Source: a virus. Taken from it: a stretch of 64,000 nucleotides of DNA. Positions 1-8,944 of the stretch are shown piece by piece (the first letter of the stretch is position 1; the number at the start of each line of letters is the position of its first letter). Where the stretch lies: the IMG/VR virus record IMGVR_UViG_3300021962_008382, positions 64,001 to 128,000 of that record. One strand, given 5' to 3'. The position numbers and the translations under genes are program-made. Below the pieces are notes generated by a model, which was not told the origin of the DNA, ran no database searches, and saw only the letters and a list, made by a program, of their open reading frames with translations.

Positions 1-227
1 TCGGTGTACATGAGCTTGTCACCGATAATTGGTCTATCAATAAAAGGTGTAGGTTGGTTAATGAAACCTAACTGAATACCAGGTAGGTTAGCAGCCTGGC
101 AAGTATAAGAAACTTTAGGGAGGTCTTTTATAACTAATCTAAAACCGTTAGGTCTTAGAAAGTTATGGACTGCAACAGAAGGAGATGTTACAGTCGACTT
201 TAATTCTGAAAGATTAGATGTGTACAT
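1..227 (-). CDS. gp3: tail tube terminator / tail completion protein gp3-like (5' part, runs off window start)
   Basis: Not in ORF track. Manual translation from ATG at 227: MYTSNLSELKSTVTSPSVAVHNFLRPNGFRLVIKDLPKVSYTCQAANLPGIQLG..., with the NFLxPNGF...NLPGI motif of T4-like gp3; lies downstream of gp23 behind a late promoter. Confidence 0.8.
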   Translation of the reverse strand, partial: MYTSNLSELKSTVTSPSVAVHNFLRPNGFRLVIKDLPKVSYTCQAANLPGIQLGFINQPTPFIDRPIIGDKLMYT

Positions 228-232
228 ATCAT

Positions 233-240
233 TATTTATC
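233..240 (-). promoter_or_regulatory. T4-type late promoter (GATAAATA) for gp3
   Basis: TATTTATC on + strand just upstream of the ATG at 227. Confidence 0.6.
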
Positions 241-244
241 TCAT

Positions 245-272
245 AAAAATAGGGGGAGCTTAGCTCCCCCTA
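245..272 (-). terminator. Rho-independent terminator after gp23
   Basis: Inverted repeat TAGGGGGAGCT-T-AGCTCCCCCTA (250-272) followed by a T-tract on the minus strand. Confidence 0.85.
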
Positions 273-297
273 ATACCACTCTTAATTGGTGGTTCAA

Positions 298-1629
298 TTA
301 CATCAGGTTTACAACTTTGGTACGGCGATAGTACTGGTTGCGGTTTGCTGTAAATGTATCACCATCGGCAGCAGCGCTTCCACCAGTAGTTGTAACGTAC
401 GGGTTAGCAATCATACCGTAGCGAGTCTTGAAGCCAATCTTTGGCTGGAAGCTACTTGGATCTACTGCACGAACCATCTGGAGAGGTACGTAAGGACAGT
501 AGAAGATACCTGCGTCATAAGGCGAAGTACCTTTGTAACCAACTACGTAGAACTGCGAGGCTGCACCAAGGTTTGCAGAATATGGATCTACATATACTTT
601 GAAGCGACCGTTCAGAACACCGGCAAAAGTATTACCAGTATCATCTACGTTCAGGTTGGTTGAAAGAGCGGGTGCATAGTCAAGTACACCAGCCATTGCT
701 AAGGCGCTTGCAACGTCTGCAGAACAGACGATGAAGTTACCTTTGCCACGACGGGTATCCTGACCGATGTGGTTGGCATCACGTTCGATGTTGAACAGAA
801 GACCTTTGAAGCGTTCTACCGACCAGCGACCGTTGGAGTCAACGTCAAGGTTAAAGGTACCAGCTGTTGCAGTAGCAGGCGAACCGGCTTTAGCAACTGT
901 ATAGATGGTACGAACAACTTCACGGTTAATTTCAAACATAATTTCCTGTGACAGGATGTTTGAAAGTTCCGACTCTGCATCAAGACCATGAACTGCTTTC
1001 AGGTCCTGCGCAAGTTCAAGGGTGTATTCAGCTTTCAGAGCACGGGTGCGAGCAGTAACCGTGGTCTTATCGATAGCGAATGCCATTGAACCGAAGTTAT
1101 TAGTAGAAGCGTCACCAAGAGCTTCACCCTGTGCATTGGACATACCTTTGCCAGTAGTGTAAGAACCATCTACTGGGTTATCACCAGCATGTGTTCCGTT
1201 CTTAGGTGTACCGGCGTAGTCGGCATCGAAACCAGATGACGAGAAGTCGGTATCGGCTTCGTTGAAGAGAGCTTCGGTTAAGCCTGAATCAGTACGAACG
1301 TTACCGTATACTGAACGCATTGCAAAAATAAGACCGGTAGGACCAGTCATAGGCTGAACGCCACAGATGTCGTAAGCCATCAGGTTAGGCATCGAACGAC
1401 GAACAAGACCGATAAGGATTGGATCGTAACGATCAATACCTGCGGTTGAATCGTAGTTGTTAGCTGGTGCTACTTCGGAAAGCATCTGACGCTCTTCGCG
1501 AAGTGCTTTCTCCTGGTTTTCAAGAAGAACTGCGGTTACAGACTTCTTGTAGCTGTCTTTGATTTCTGGCAGATCTGCGTGGTCTAGGACAGCGCCCCAC
1601 TTAGTCTGAAGTTGTTCTGATAAGTACAT
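298..1629 (-). CDS. gp23: major capsid protein
   Basis: T4 gp23 motifs (DICGVQPMTGPTGLIFAMR, RALKAEYTLELAQDLKAVHGLDAESEL, FQPKIGFKTRYG); strong RBS AAGGAGAAGG. Confidence 0.98.
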   Translation of the reverse strand: MYLSEQLQTKWGAVLDHADLPEIKDSYKKSVTAVLLENQEKALREERQMLSEVAPANNYDSTAGIDRYDPILIGLVRRSMPNLMAYDICGVQPMTGPTGLIFAMRSVYGNVRTDSGLTEALFNEADTDFSSSGFDADYAGTPKNGTHAGDNPVDGSYTTGKGMSNAQGEALGDASTNNFGSMAFAIDKTTVTARTRALKAEYTLELAQDLKAVHGLDAESELSNILSQEIMFEINREVVRTIYTVAKAGSPATATAGTFNLDVDSNGRWSVERFKGLLFNIERDANHIGQDTRRGKGNFIVCSADVASALAMAGVLDYAPALSTNLNVDDTGNTFAGVLNGRFKVYVDPYSANLGAASQFYVVGYKGTSPYDAGIFYCPYVPLQMVRAVDPSSFQPKIGFKTRYGMIANPYVTTTGGSAAADGDTFTANRNQYYRRTKVVNLM

Positions 1630-1657
1630 TACCTTCTCCTTTTTAGAAGTTCTAAGA

Positions 1658-1665
1658 TATTTATA
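1658..1665 (-). promoter_or_regulatory. T4-type late promoter TATAAATA for gp23
   Basis: Exact T4 late consensus ~30 nt upstream of start. Confidence 0.85.
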
Positions 1666-1667
1666 TG

Positions 1668-2768
1668 TTATCGAGTTTTGATAGCGCGCGAGAGATGTCT
1701 CACGTACTGATCAACCGTTGTGTTATTTTCAAACGAGCTAGCGCTGTTTATAGCGGTTTCTTCAACAAGAACCTGCTCTGGTGATTTACCTGTGTGAGTA
1801 GGGAAATAATTTTCCGTAATTACAGCAAGCTTTTCACGATACAGGTCTTCTGATTCAAAATCGACCCCTTCTACTAACTTTTTAAGTTTTTGTGCTTCAG
1901 TAGAAGTTAGATTTTTAGTCTGCTCTTCGAAGATACTAGCTTTTTTAACAGAACTAAGTTCTTTTGAAGTCTCGACATTCTTTTCAATTGCTTCATCAAG
2001 CTTAGCGCTTAATTCTTCGTTCTTAGCTTGAAGGTCAGCAAGTACATCATACTTCTCTTCAGGAATATCTATGTAATGTTCTTTGAAGAGTTCTTTCATA
2101 CCGGTAATGAAGTCTTCTGCAATCTCGGTACGAAGACCTGATTCAACAGCTAATGCATTCTCATCCATCCACTGTTCAACAACATAGTTGAGGTATGAAT
2201 CTACTTTTTCAACTAATGACTCAGTGTATTCTTTAAGCTGGTTTGCATTAGCTTCTTCTAATTTAGCAGTTACTTTTTCCATCTCGTGATTAACACGAGC
2301 GATAACAGCAGCTTCAAATATAGAAGTAGCTTTCGCTTTGAATTCCTCAGATAGTTCTTCTCCGAAAATTGAGTTTAGCTGAGCTGAAACATCAACGTCG
2401 TTTTCGGAAATAGCATTATCTTGTTCTTGTTTTTCTTCCATGTTTGGAACTTTTACTGACTTAGCGTCGCCTTTAGTGGCTGGGACTGGTGCTTTTGATA
2501 CTGAAGAAGAATTCTTGGCACCTAAATTAGTGTCATCTTCGTCAGATGTTGTGAAAGAAGCGTCTTGTGAGGATCCCTGCTTAGGCTGTGTGGTATCACC
2601 AGCTGTAGCTGCCTGACCTGCTTTAGAAGTATCCTTCTTAGCATTTGAAGCGGCTTTTGAGCCGGTGTCGGCCATTCCACCTGCAGCAAGGTTCTCAGTA
2701 GATTCTTCAGTCAGTTTTTGCTTATCTTTTCCAGATAGCAACTGTGCAATTTTACTTTCCACTGACAT
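1668..2768 (-). CDS. gp22: prohead core scaffold protein
   Basis: Acidic coiled coil with FKAKATSIFEAAV and VDSYLNYVVEQWM motifs; between gp21 and gp23. Confidence 0.93.
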   Translation of the reverse strand: MSVESKIAQLLSGKDKQKLTEESTENLAAGGMADTGSKAASNAKKDTSKAGQAATAGDTTQPKQGSSQDASFTTSDEDDTNLGAKNSSSVSKAPVPATKGDAKSVKVPNMEEKQEQDNAISENDVDVSAQLNSIFGEELSEEFKAKATSIFEAAVIARVNHEMEKVTAKLEEANANQLKEYTESLVEKVDSYLNYVVEQWMDENALAVESGLRTEIAEDFITGMKELFKEHYIDIPEEKYDVLADLQAKNEELSAKLDEAIEKNVETSKELSSVKKASIFEEQTKNLTSTEAQKLKKLVEGVDFESEDLYREKLAVITENYFPTHTGKSPEQVLVEETAINSASSFENNTTVDQYVRHLSRAIKTR

Positions 2769-2804
2769 CCGTATTTCTCCTAAGAGTTTTTTGTTTAACG
2801 TTAT

Positions 2805-2812
2805 TATTTATA
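2805..2812 (-). promoter_or_regulatory. T4-type late promoter TATAAATA for gp22
   Basis: Exact consensus in intergenic region. Confidence 0.8.
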
Positions 2813-2820
2813 TGGCTGAG

Positions 2821-3465
2821 TTACTTGATACTTCTCAAGAAAGAATTGAAAACCTTTAGTTTTGTTTCATTTAAACTGTGTTTTGACGCTTTCTTAATAG
2901 CTCTCTGCGCATACTCAACATCAACGGCTTTCCACACCCCGTTGTCTAAAATCCATTCAGCTGATTCCATAATGCCATTAACAAAAGCATCAGGGGCTGA
3001 TGGGTCGGCAACAATATCTACGGTTGCAAGATGAAAATCATCCTGTACTTCGTTGATACCGTCTTTTTCTTTTAAAGAGCCAAGACCACGCGAGGATACT
3101 CCCAATCTCACCCCTTCTTCAATAAAGTTCTGAGCAATCTTTCCCATTGGAGTGTCTAATACCTTGGCACGTCCAATAACATCATTGCCTGTGAACTTTA
3201 ACTCAGTAATAAGATGAGAAACATTATTTAAATTAATTTGAGGATTAGGAGGATGACCTAGCTCTCCTAATGCTCTTTTTTCTTTAATAAGATCTTGATA
3301 ACGGCTAACTTCTCTTTCCATAACTGCTTTTGGATAACGTCTGCCATTACGGTTGTCTTTATCTGCCTGCATAAAGATACCTTCAATAAAGATACCTTTC
3401 TTACCAGACTCTTTAGCTTCAGTAATATACTTAAGCTCTTGTGAAATTTCTTTAATTAGTTTCAT
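2821..3465 (-). CDS. gp21: prohead protease
   Basis: IEGIFMQA, NRNGRRYP, RALGELGHP, GVSSRGLGSL, DIVADPSAPDAFV motifs. Confidence 0.97.
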   Translation of the reverse strand: MKLIKEISQELKYITEAKESGKKGIFIEGIFMQADKDNRNGRRYPKAVMEREVSRYQDLIKEKRALGELGHPPNPQINLNNVSHLITELKFTGNDVIGRAKVLDTPMGKIAQNFIEEGVRLGVSSRGLGSLKEKDGINEVQDDFHLATVDIVADPSAPDAFVNGIMESAEWILDNGVWKAVDVEYAQRAIKKASKHSLNETKLKVFNSFLRSIK

Positions 3466-3878
3466 TAGTATGGATCCACTCCAGGGCCTTGGTGTTGAAG
3501 GTTACGATCGATATAACCATTCCCTTTTGTAAACTGAATGATCATAGTACCTTGAGCGGCACCTAAATTAACTTCTACGTTAGCGTTAGCTTGGTCACCT
3601 AGTACACAGCCAATCTTTTCGGTAAGGTTAAACTCACCGGAGCCAGATACCGCTAGAATTAAATTACCACCCCTGGTAATATTAGCAGCATTACCAACAT
3701 CGTAAGCAATATCCGTAATAGTTAAAACTACGTTTGCAGGGGTAACAATCTGAGTATCAGTTGTAGCGTTCGGGCCAGGGTGAGCTAGCTCATAAATAGA
3801 GATATTGGCGTTACCAGACCCTACAATTGCAACGGCTGCTTGACGCTTTGTAATTTTTAAAATGCGTTTATCTGCCAT
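3465..3878 (-). CDS. hypothetical head-cluster protein (beta-rich, probably virion)
   Basis: 137 aa ORF overlapping both neighbours in the head operon; no recognised motif. Confidence 0.7.
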   Translation of the reverse strand: MADKRILKITKRQAAVAIVGSGNANISIYELAHPGPNATTDTQIVTPANVVLTITDIAYDVGNAANITRGGNLILAVSGSGEFNLTEKIGCVLGDQANANVEVNLGAAQGTMIIQFTKGNGYIDRNLQHQGPGVDPY

Positions 3879-4842
3879 CGTTCATTCTCTTTTTCTTTTT
3901 GTGGTTACCGTGATATTCAGCAAGCATTATATCAAGATCCTCTGTATACACCTTATGAATACCGTCTTTGAATTCTACCATATACCATTCAACCTGACCT
4001 TCGTCATTAGGGTCAGCGTGCTGAGCTTCTAATACAACCCCGTCACCAAGAAGAGCTGAGCGAACGTGCTTAGCGCAGTAATGAACATCTTCTTTCCTGA
4101 TAATACCAGCATCTTCGAGATCTTTTTTGCGCTTTAAAGTATCTTCGATGTTTTTCTTGTACCATGCTTGTCTTTGAGCTAGGGTCTCCCCGGTCTCTTT
4201 TCTAGTTAGTTTATCCCAGCGGTCGTAGACTTTTGCTGCACCGAACAGCTTAGTTTTTTTAGCTTCTTCTATCTCACCTTCTTCTTTTTCACCTTCTTCT
4301 TTTTCATCTACATCTTGTTTGCTGTGCATTAAGAAGTCGTGAACAGAATCTAAATAATCAGAAGCCATGGTAAGCTTAGACTGTACCCAACCATCCAGCT
4401 GAGTATCATCATTCATTATTCTTGCGAGGCCAGATGCCTGATTTACCATGCGCATCAGCTGACCTTTTGCCATGGCTCCTTCATCATCAACGGCTTCTTT
4501 TACACTCGAGGTAGGTTTATTACCTACTATTCTTTCATGCGCTCTTTGAATGCCTTTTAAGCGCTGAGCGAGTTTAGTTTTAGTTTTCGGAATTCCGTAT
4601 ATAGGGTCTACAGCTTTCTTAACATAACTTGTTAGGGTCGATTTTTTTAGTTCATCAATCTGGGTTGATTCTTCAGCAACACGCTTAGCTGTCTTTGTAG
4701 CTATGGCCATCTTCATACCCATGGGCATATCTGGGTTTTCACGCTCAATAGCTTTAGCTACCTCTTCACGCTTCTTTTTTTCGGCGGAGGTAAGAGTCTT
4801 TTCTGTAATATGATTTCGAAAAGAGAAAAAATCTTTAGACAT
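3868..4842 (-). CDS. putative internal head / prohead core protein
   Basis: Charged modular protein (IDELKKSTLTSYVKKA; WVQSKLTMASDYLDSV; C-terminal HYCAKHV...QHADP...EWY); multiple (I/L/V)xE candidate gp21 sites; located between gp20 and gp21. Confidence 0.6.
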   Translation of the reverse strand: MSKDFFSFRNHITEKTLTSAEKKKREEVAKAIERENPDMPMGMKMAIATKTAKRVAEESTQIDELKKSTLTSYVKKAVDPIYGIPKTKTKLAQRLKGIQRAHERIVGNKPTSSVKEAVDDEGAMAKGQLMRMVNQASGLARIMNDDTQLDGWVQSKLTMASDYLDSVHDFLMHSKQDVDEKEEGEKEEGEIEEAKKTKLFGAAKVYDRWDKLTRKETGETLAQRQAWYKKNIEDTLKRKKDLEDAGIIRKEDVHYCAKHVRSALLGDGVVLEAQHADPNDEGQVEWYMVEFKDGIHKVYTEDLDIMLAEYHGNHKKKKRMNDGR

Positions 4843-5026
4843 GGTCGCTGGTCTCTGTATCTTCTTCTGGTGCGGAATAGACGTTTTGAGCTATTTCCAT
4901 TTTCTTATCGTTAAGCGCAGAGTCTAATTTTGATGCAAGGATTGCATAGACATCTTCCTGCGCCTCTGCATTTTCACCGTTAATAATTTTGTTAACTAAA
5001 TTGTTGACTAATTCTTTATCTGACAT
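4835..5026 (-). CDS. prohead core protein gp67-like
   Basis: 63 aa acidic helical protein right after portal, the gp67 position. Confidence 0.6.
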   Translation of the reverse strand: MSDKELVNNLVNKIINGENAEAQEDVYAILASKLDSALNDKKMEIAQNVYSAPEEDTETSDHV

Positions 5027-5043
5027 AAATCACCCATTAATAT

Positions 5044-5051
5044 TATTTATC
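5044..5051 (-). promoter_or_regulatory. late promoter GATAAATA overlapping gp20 stop
   Basis: TATTTATC on + strand. Confidence 0.55.
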
Positions 5052-6591
5052 TTACTTCTCTGCTTAGAGCAGCTACTTGTTCAGACCCCGGCATTCCTGG
5101 TTGCGATACTGGAGGCTGTTCTTCATTTTCTGCTTCTATTCTTTCTATTTCCGCGTCGGTCATTTTAAGAACATTCTTTTTAACATAACTTTGACTGAAA
5201 TATACTCCAACGTACGGAGACATTTGATTCAATACGTCAAGTCTATTTCTTAAATTCTCAGCTTCTTTCATTTCTTGATAATATTGATCTTGAGCATACT
5301 TGTAATTTATACTTTGTTTTATTTCTTCCCATTCATCTAATCTAATTACTTTTTTAAGCACCAATTGTGTCTTAAGAAGATCATCAAACAGAGCATTAAA
5401 TTTTCTACGGAGTCTAGAAATAAACTTTGCAAATTTAATTTCATCTCTAGAAATTTCAGCCTGTCTGCCGAAATTAAAACCAGATGATTCTTGAAATCTT
5501 GATGTAGGTACATTGAGCGATTGATATACTTTATTCTGAAAGTATTCAATATCTGCGATCTGACCAAGATTCTCTCCTCCAGGTAGAGTACTAATCTCAG
5601 TACCTCTTCCCCCTTCTCGTCTTGGTAACCAGAAATCTTCTAACATAGTCATGAACTTACGGTCATCTTTAATTTCACCCGTGGTGGAATCATAAACAAT
5701 CTTATTTCTATATCTGGTCATTAAATCTTTCATATATTGTTCAGCTTTCTGCTTCGGCAGATTACCAACGTCAATGTAGAAGATTCTTCTTTCTGGTGCG
5801 CGGGATAGACGATATATTACTAGCGAATCTGCCATCATCTTAAGCTGATTAACAGGCTTAATAGCTTTATGAAGGTATCCGTTTATAATATTTCTGTCAA
5901 GATCTAATAGACCGGAAGGAACAAAAGTAACTGCATCAGGGCTTATCTTTATTCCTGTGTTTGTTTGAGCAGGAGCAGCACCCGGAGTATATGACATACC
6001 TTTTTCATTATAAAGAAAATACTCGTCAACAGATTGAATAAGCTCGACGCCTGTATCGTCAACTTTATCTTTTTTAACTTCCCTTACTTTACGAATTTTC
6101 TTAGGATCAATATATCTTAATTCTAAAATTCCTGCAACAGGCTTTGAACTATTAATTAATTTTTGATAGTACAGTCTTCCGTCTACGTACCATCTTCTAA
6201 AAATGTCATGGGCTTTATCTTTAAAATCTAGAAGTTGAAGAATCTTATCAAATTCTTCTCTTATAGATTCTTTTATGGAGTCCGGGATTTCAAGATTATC
6301 AACATCGATAGTCACAGGGTTCTCGCTGTCGATAGCAGCGATTGCCTCTGTGACTATCTCTTCTATAGCGTTATCACAATCTGGATACTTTGCAATCTCT
6401 CTATATCTGGAAATTAGATCTGCTTCATTTCTAGCTGTAGCGTCTATATCGACGTAAGTGCCGTAGTAACCCCCGGCATTTACTGTAGACGCACCGTCAT
6501 CAGACACAGGCGTGATGAATTCTTGCTTCTTCGACGGCTGTGTCTGATCGGTTTCACGACCAATCGTAAATCCAAATAAGGTAATCGCCAT
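5047..6591 (-). CDS. gp20: portal protein
   Basis: IFRRWYVDGR, YRLSRAPERRIFYIDVGNLPK, EDFWLPRREGGRGTEI motifs. Confidence 0.98.
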   Translation of the reverse strand: MAITLFGFTIGRETDQTQPSKKQEFITPVSDDGASTVNAGGYYGTYVDIDATARNEADLISRYREIAKYPDCDNAIEEIVTEAIAAIDSENPVTIDVDNLEIPDSIKESIREEFDKILQLLDFKDKAHDIFRRWYVDGRLYYQKLINSSKPVAGILELRYIDPKKIRKVREVKKDKVDDTGVELIQSVDEYFLYNEKGMSYTPGAAPAQTNTGIKISPDAVTFVPSGLLDLDRNIINGYLHKAIKPVNQLKMMADSLVIYRLSRAPERRIFYIDVGNLPKQKAEQYMKDLMTRYRNKIVYDSTTGEIKDDRKFMTMLEDFWLPRREGGRGTEISTLPGGENLGQIADIEYFQNKVYQSLNVPTSRFQESSGFNFGRQAEISRDEIKFAKFISRLRRKFNALFDDLLKTQLVLKKVIRLDEWEEIKQSINYKYAQDQYYQEMKEAENLRNRLDVLNQMSPYVGVYFSQSYVKKNVLKMTDAEIERIEAENEEQPPVSQPGMPGSEQVAALSREVR

Positions 6592-6609
6592 AACTAGTTA
6601 AATACTCAC

Positions 6610-7188
6610 TTATTGATTATTAAATAAACCAGCGAAATCAACTGTACCGCCAGCTGTTGTGGTGGACGTGGTGAAGTGCTGATACTGCCAGGTAACAGTA
6701 AACTGTGAGATCTGATCGTTAGCACCAAAGTCTAATGCCACTGGCGACAGGTCTACAGGGAACGCGTTAACTAGCTTGTAAGACTTAAGTACGTTACCAT
6801 TTCTATCTAGCTGGAATACGTCTAAATCTCTTTGATACTGAGCTGGCTGTAATCTGCCGGTCTTAGTAGCATAGTCTTCCATTCCACCCATCCATTCTTC
6901 TATAGCATTTCTAATGGACATTTCTGAATCGTTTAGAACGGTAATAGTCCATGGTGCGAAGATACGATCGCCAACAAATTTAACCTCACGGCCGCGATAC
7001 TGCACGACCGCTGGGTTAACTGTCTGACCTGGTAGCTCTGCAACTGAAACTAAGAACGGTGAACGCGCTACGGCAGTTGCTTGACCAGTTACATACGTTG
7101 GGTATGATAACTGTACAGCAAACTGGTTAGGGCGAGCACCACCATTGGTAAGAGCTGATTTAAAACGCTCTACGTTAAATGTAGTCAT
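6610..7188 (-). CDS. gp19: tail tube protein
   Basis: GGARPNQF, GREVKFVGDRIFAPWTITVLND, FTVTWQY motifs. Confidence 0.95.
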   Translation of the reverse strand: MTTFNVERFKSALTNGGARPNQFAVQLSYPTYVTGQATAVARSPFLVSVAELPGQTVNPAVVQYRGREVKFVGDRIFAPWTITVLNDSEMSIRNAIEEWMGGMEDYATKTGRLQPAQYQRDLDVFQLDRNGNVLKSYKLVNAFPVDLSPVALDFGANDQISQFTVTWQYQHFTTSTTTAGGTVDFAGLFNNQ

Positions 7189-7200
7189 CTATTCTCTCCC

Positions 7201-8874
7201 TTATGCGCCAACTTCTTCGAATGCAATACCAGATCTGGTTGCAATGAAGTTCAACTTAATGAAGTTAATCGAGCGTGATGGCTTAACATAAATGTCAGCT
7301 ACAAACTCGTTTCTATCGATAACTTCACCTGTGTTGTTTGTTTCATCACACACAACCTTGTATTCTGTAACACCGCGGCGACCTTGTACATCACGAAGGA
7401 ATGGTTCTACCAGATTACGGAATTGCGCGCGAGTAAAGGCATCATTGAACTCGAACAGCTGGAATTTAGCTGCCGAAGCAATTGCTTTCTCGATCGTGAT
7501 GAACAGTCTGCGTACATTTATTCTATCGAACGCAGATGGTTTAGCAAGCAGAGTCTTATCACCATACAGAACAGTACCCTGACCAGGCATTGAAACTACC
7601 GGATTAACCCCTTTTCTGTATAAGCTATCCCGCTGAGTTTTCGATGGCGACCAGGCTAGCTTAACTGAATTTTTAATCTGACCGCGGTTTAGACCAGCTG
7701 GCGAGAACCAAGGATCAGCGGTATAATCAGTACGAACTGCTGTACCTGCTACGTCACCATTTAAAGGAATCCAGCGGTATACATCGTTATAGCGGTCGTA
7801 CTGGTATTTCCAGCCCGAATCCATTACTGCGTAGGATGAGGATGGAAGAGCATCGCGATATGCAGTAACATCTGTTACTTCTGAACCACCGTTGTTGTAC
7901 ACATCGTCTAGATCTGGGGATACGAATACTACACAATCTTTACGAGCTTCAGCTATGTTTGTAATTACATAACTCGCTACTGCATTAGAAACTGCGCCTA
8001 CCGGAATTAGCGAGATATCGTAAAGTTCATCATTCGCAAATGTTAAGAACCCTACCATGAGGTTACCATCGTTAGGGGCATCGGCAGATACACCACCGGC
8101 TAGCGATACTGTAACGTTAGCTGTTAGGTTAGCAAAGGTTACACCTTGAGCAGATGAACCCCAGTTTGAACCGGCCGATGGGTGATCCATCCACCAGATA
8201 TATTTCGACTGATTGTTTAGTACGTCTTTGTAATAAGCAGATGTACCGTCTGGTCTCTTAGCATCGGTAGCTTTCGAAAGATAAGAAAACTTCTCTAGAA
8301 CACTACCAGATACACCTGTCCACAGACCGTCTTCATCAATTACAATTACATGAAGTTCATCATGGCTTCCGCCAAGATCGCTTGCGTATGTAGACGTAGA
8401 AGGGGTTGTATCGAATTGCGAGGCATAAGCCCAAGAGCTATATGTATTAGCATCTGCTACGGAAACTTTTAATGAGTTACCTAATGCACCTGGATACTTA
8501 GCTGCAAATTCACCTACAGTTGCAGATCCATCCGAATAAGTATCTTCATATTTGGTTTCGTTTGTAATAAGTAGGGCGTTAGCTGATTGTACAACGGCGT
8601 TTTTAGCAGTAGCTTTGTTAACAACGCGGACTACCTGTAGGTTGTTTCCATATGACAGAAAGTTAGCAGCAGTAAAGAAAGATTGATAAACCGTACTGTT
8701 TGGTTTACCAAATCTTTCTACTAATTGATTTTCTGATTCTACAACAACAACTTGATCTACAGGACCCCATTGAAAAGCACCAGCAAAACCGCCAGCAGTA
8801 GTAGCAACCGCAGGAACGACAGCTGTCAGATCCTTTTCGGTAACTAGAACACCTGGTGAAAGCTGAAAGGTCAT
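7201..8874 (-). CDS. gp18: tail sheath protein
   Basis: FQLSPGVLVTEKDLT, WFSPAGLNRG, FDRINVRRLF, KPSRSINFIKLNF motifs. Confidence 0.97.
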   Translation of the reverse strand: MTFQLSPGVLVTEKDLTAVVPAVATTAGGFAGAFQWGPVDQVVVVESENQLVERFGKPNSTVYQSFFTAANFLSYGNNLQVVRVVNKATAKNAVVQSANALLITNETKYEDTYSDGSATVGEFAAKYPGALGNSLKVSVADANTYSSWAYASQFDTTPSTSTYASDLGGSHDELHVIVIDEDGLWTGVSGSVLEKFSYLSKATDAKRPDGTSAYYKDVLNNQSKYIWWMDHPSAGSNWGSSAQGVTFANLTANVTVSLAGGVSADAPNDGNLMVGFLTFANDELYDISLIPVGAVSNAVASYVITNIAEARKDCVVFVSPDLDDVYNNGGSEVTDVTAYRDALPSSSYAVMDSGWKYQYDRYNDVYRWIPLNGDVAGTAVRTDYTADPWFSPAGLNRGQIKNSVKLAWSPSKTQRDSLYRKGVNPVVSMPGQGTVLYGDKTLLAKPSAFDRINVRRLFITIEKAIASAAKFQLFEFNDAFTRAQFRNLVEPFLRDVQGRRGVTEYKVVCDETNNTGEVIDRNEFVADIYVKPSRSINFIKLNFIATRSGIAFEEVGA

Positions 8875-8924
8875 GTTCTTCTCCTTATAATGTGTAATTT
8901 TTCATAATAAAAATCTCTCGTGTA

Positions 8925-8936
8925 TATTTATAAATA
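8925..8936. promoter_or_regulatory. late promoter for gp18 within palindrome TATTTATAAATA (consensus on both strands)
   Basis: TATAAATA on minus strand at 8925-8932 and on plus strand at 8929-8936. Confidence 0.75.
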
Positions 8937-8944
8937 GCAAAATT

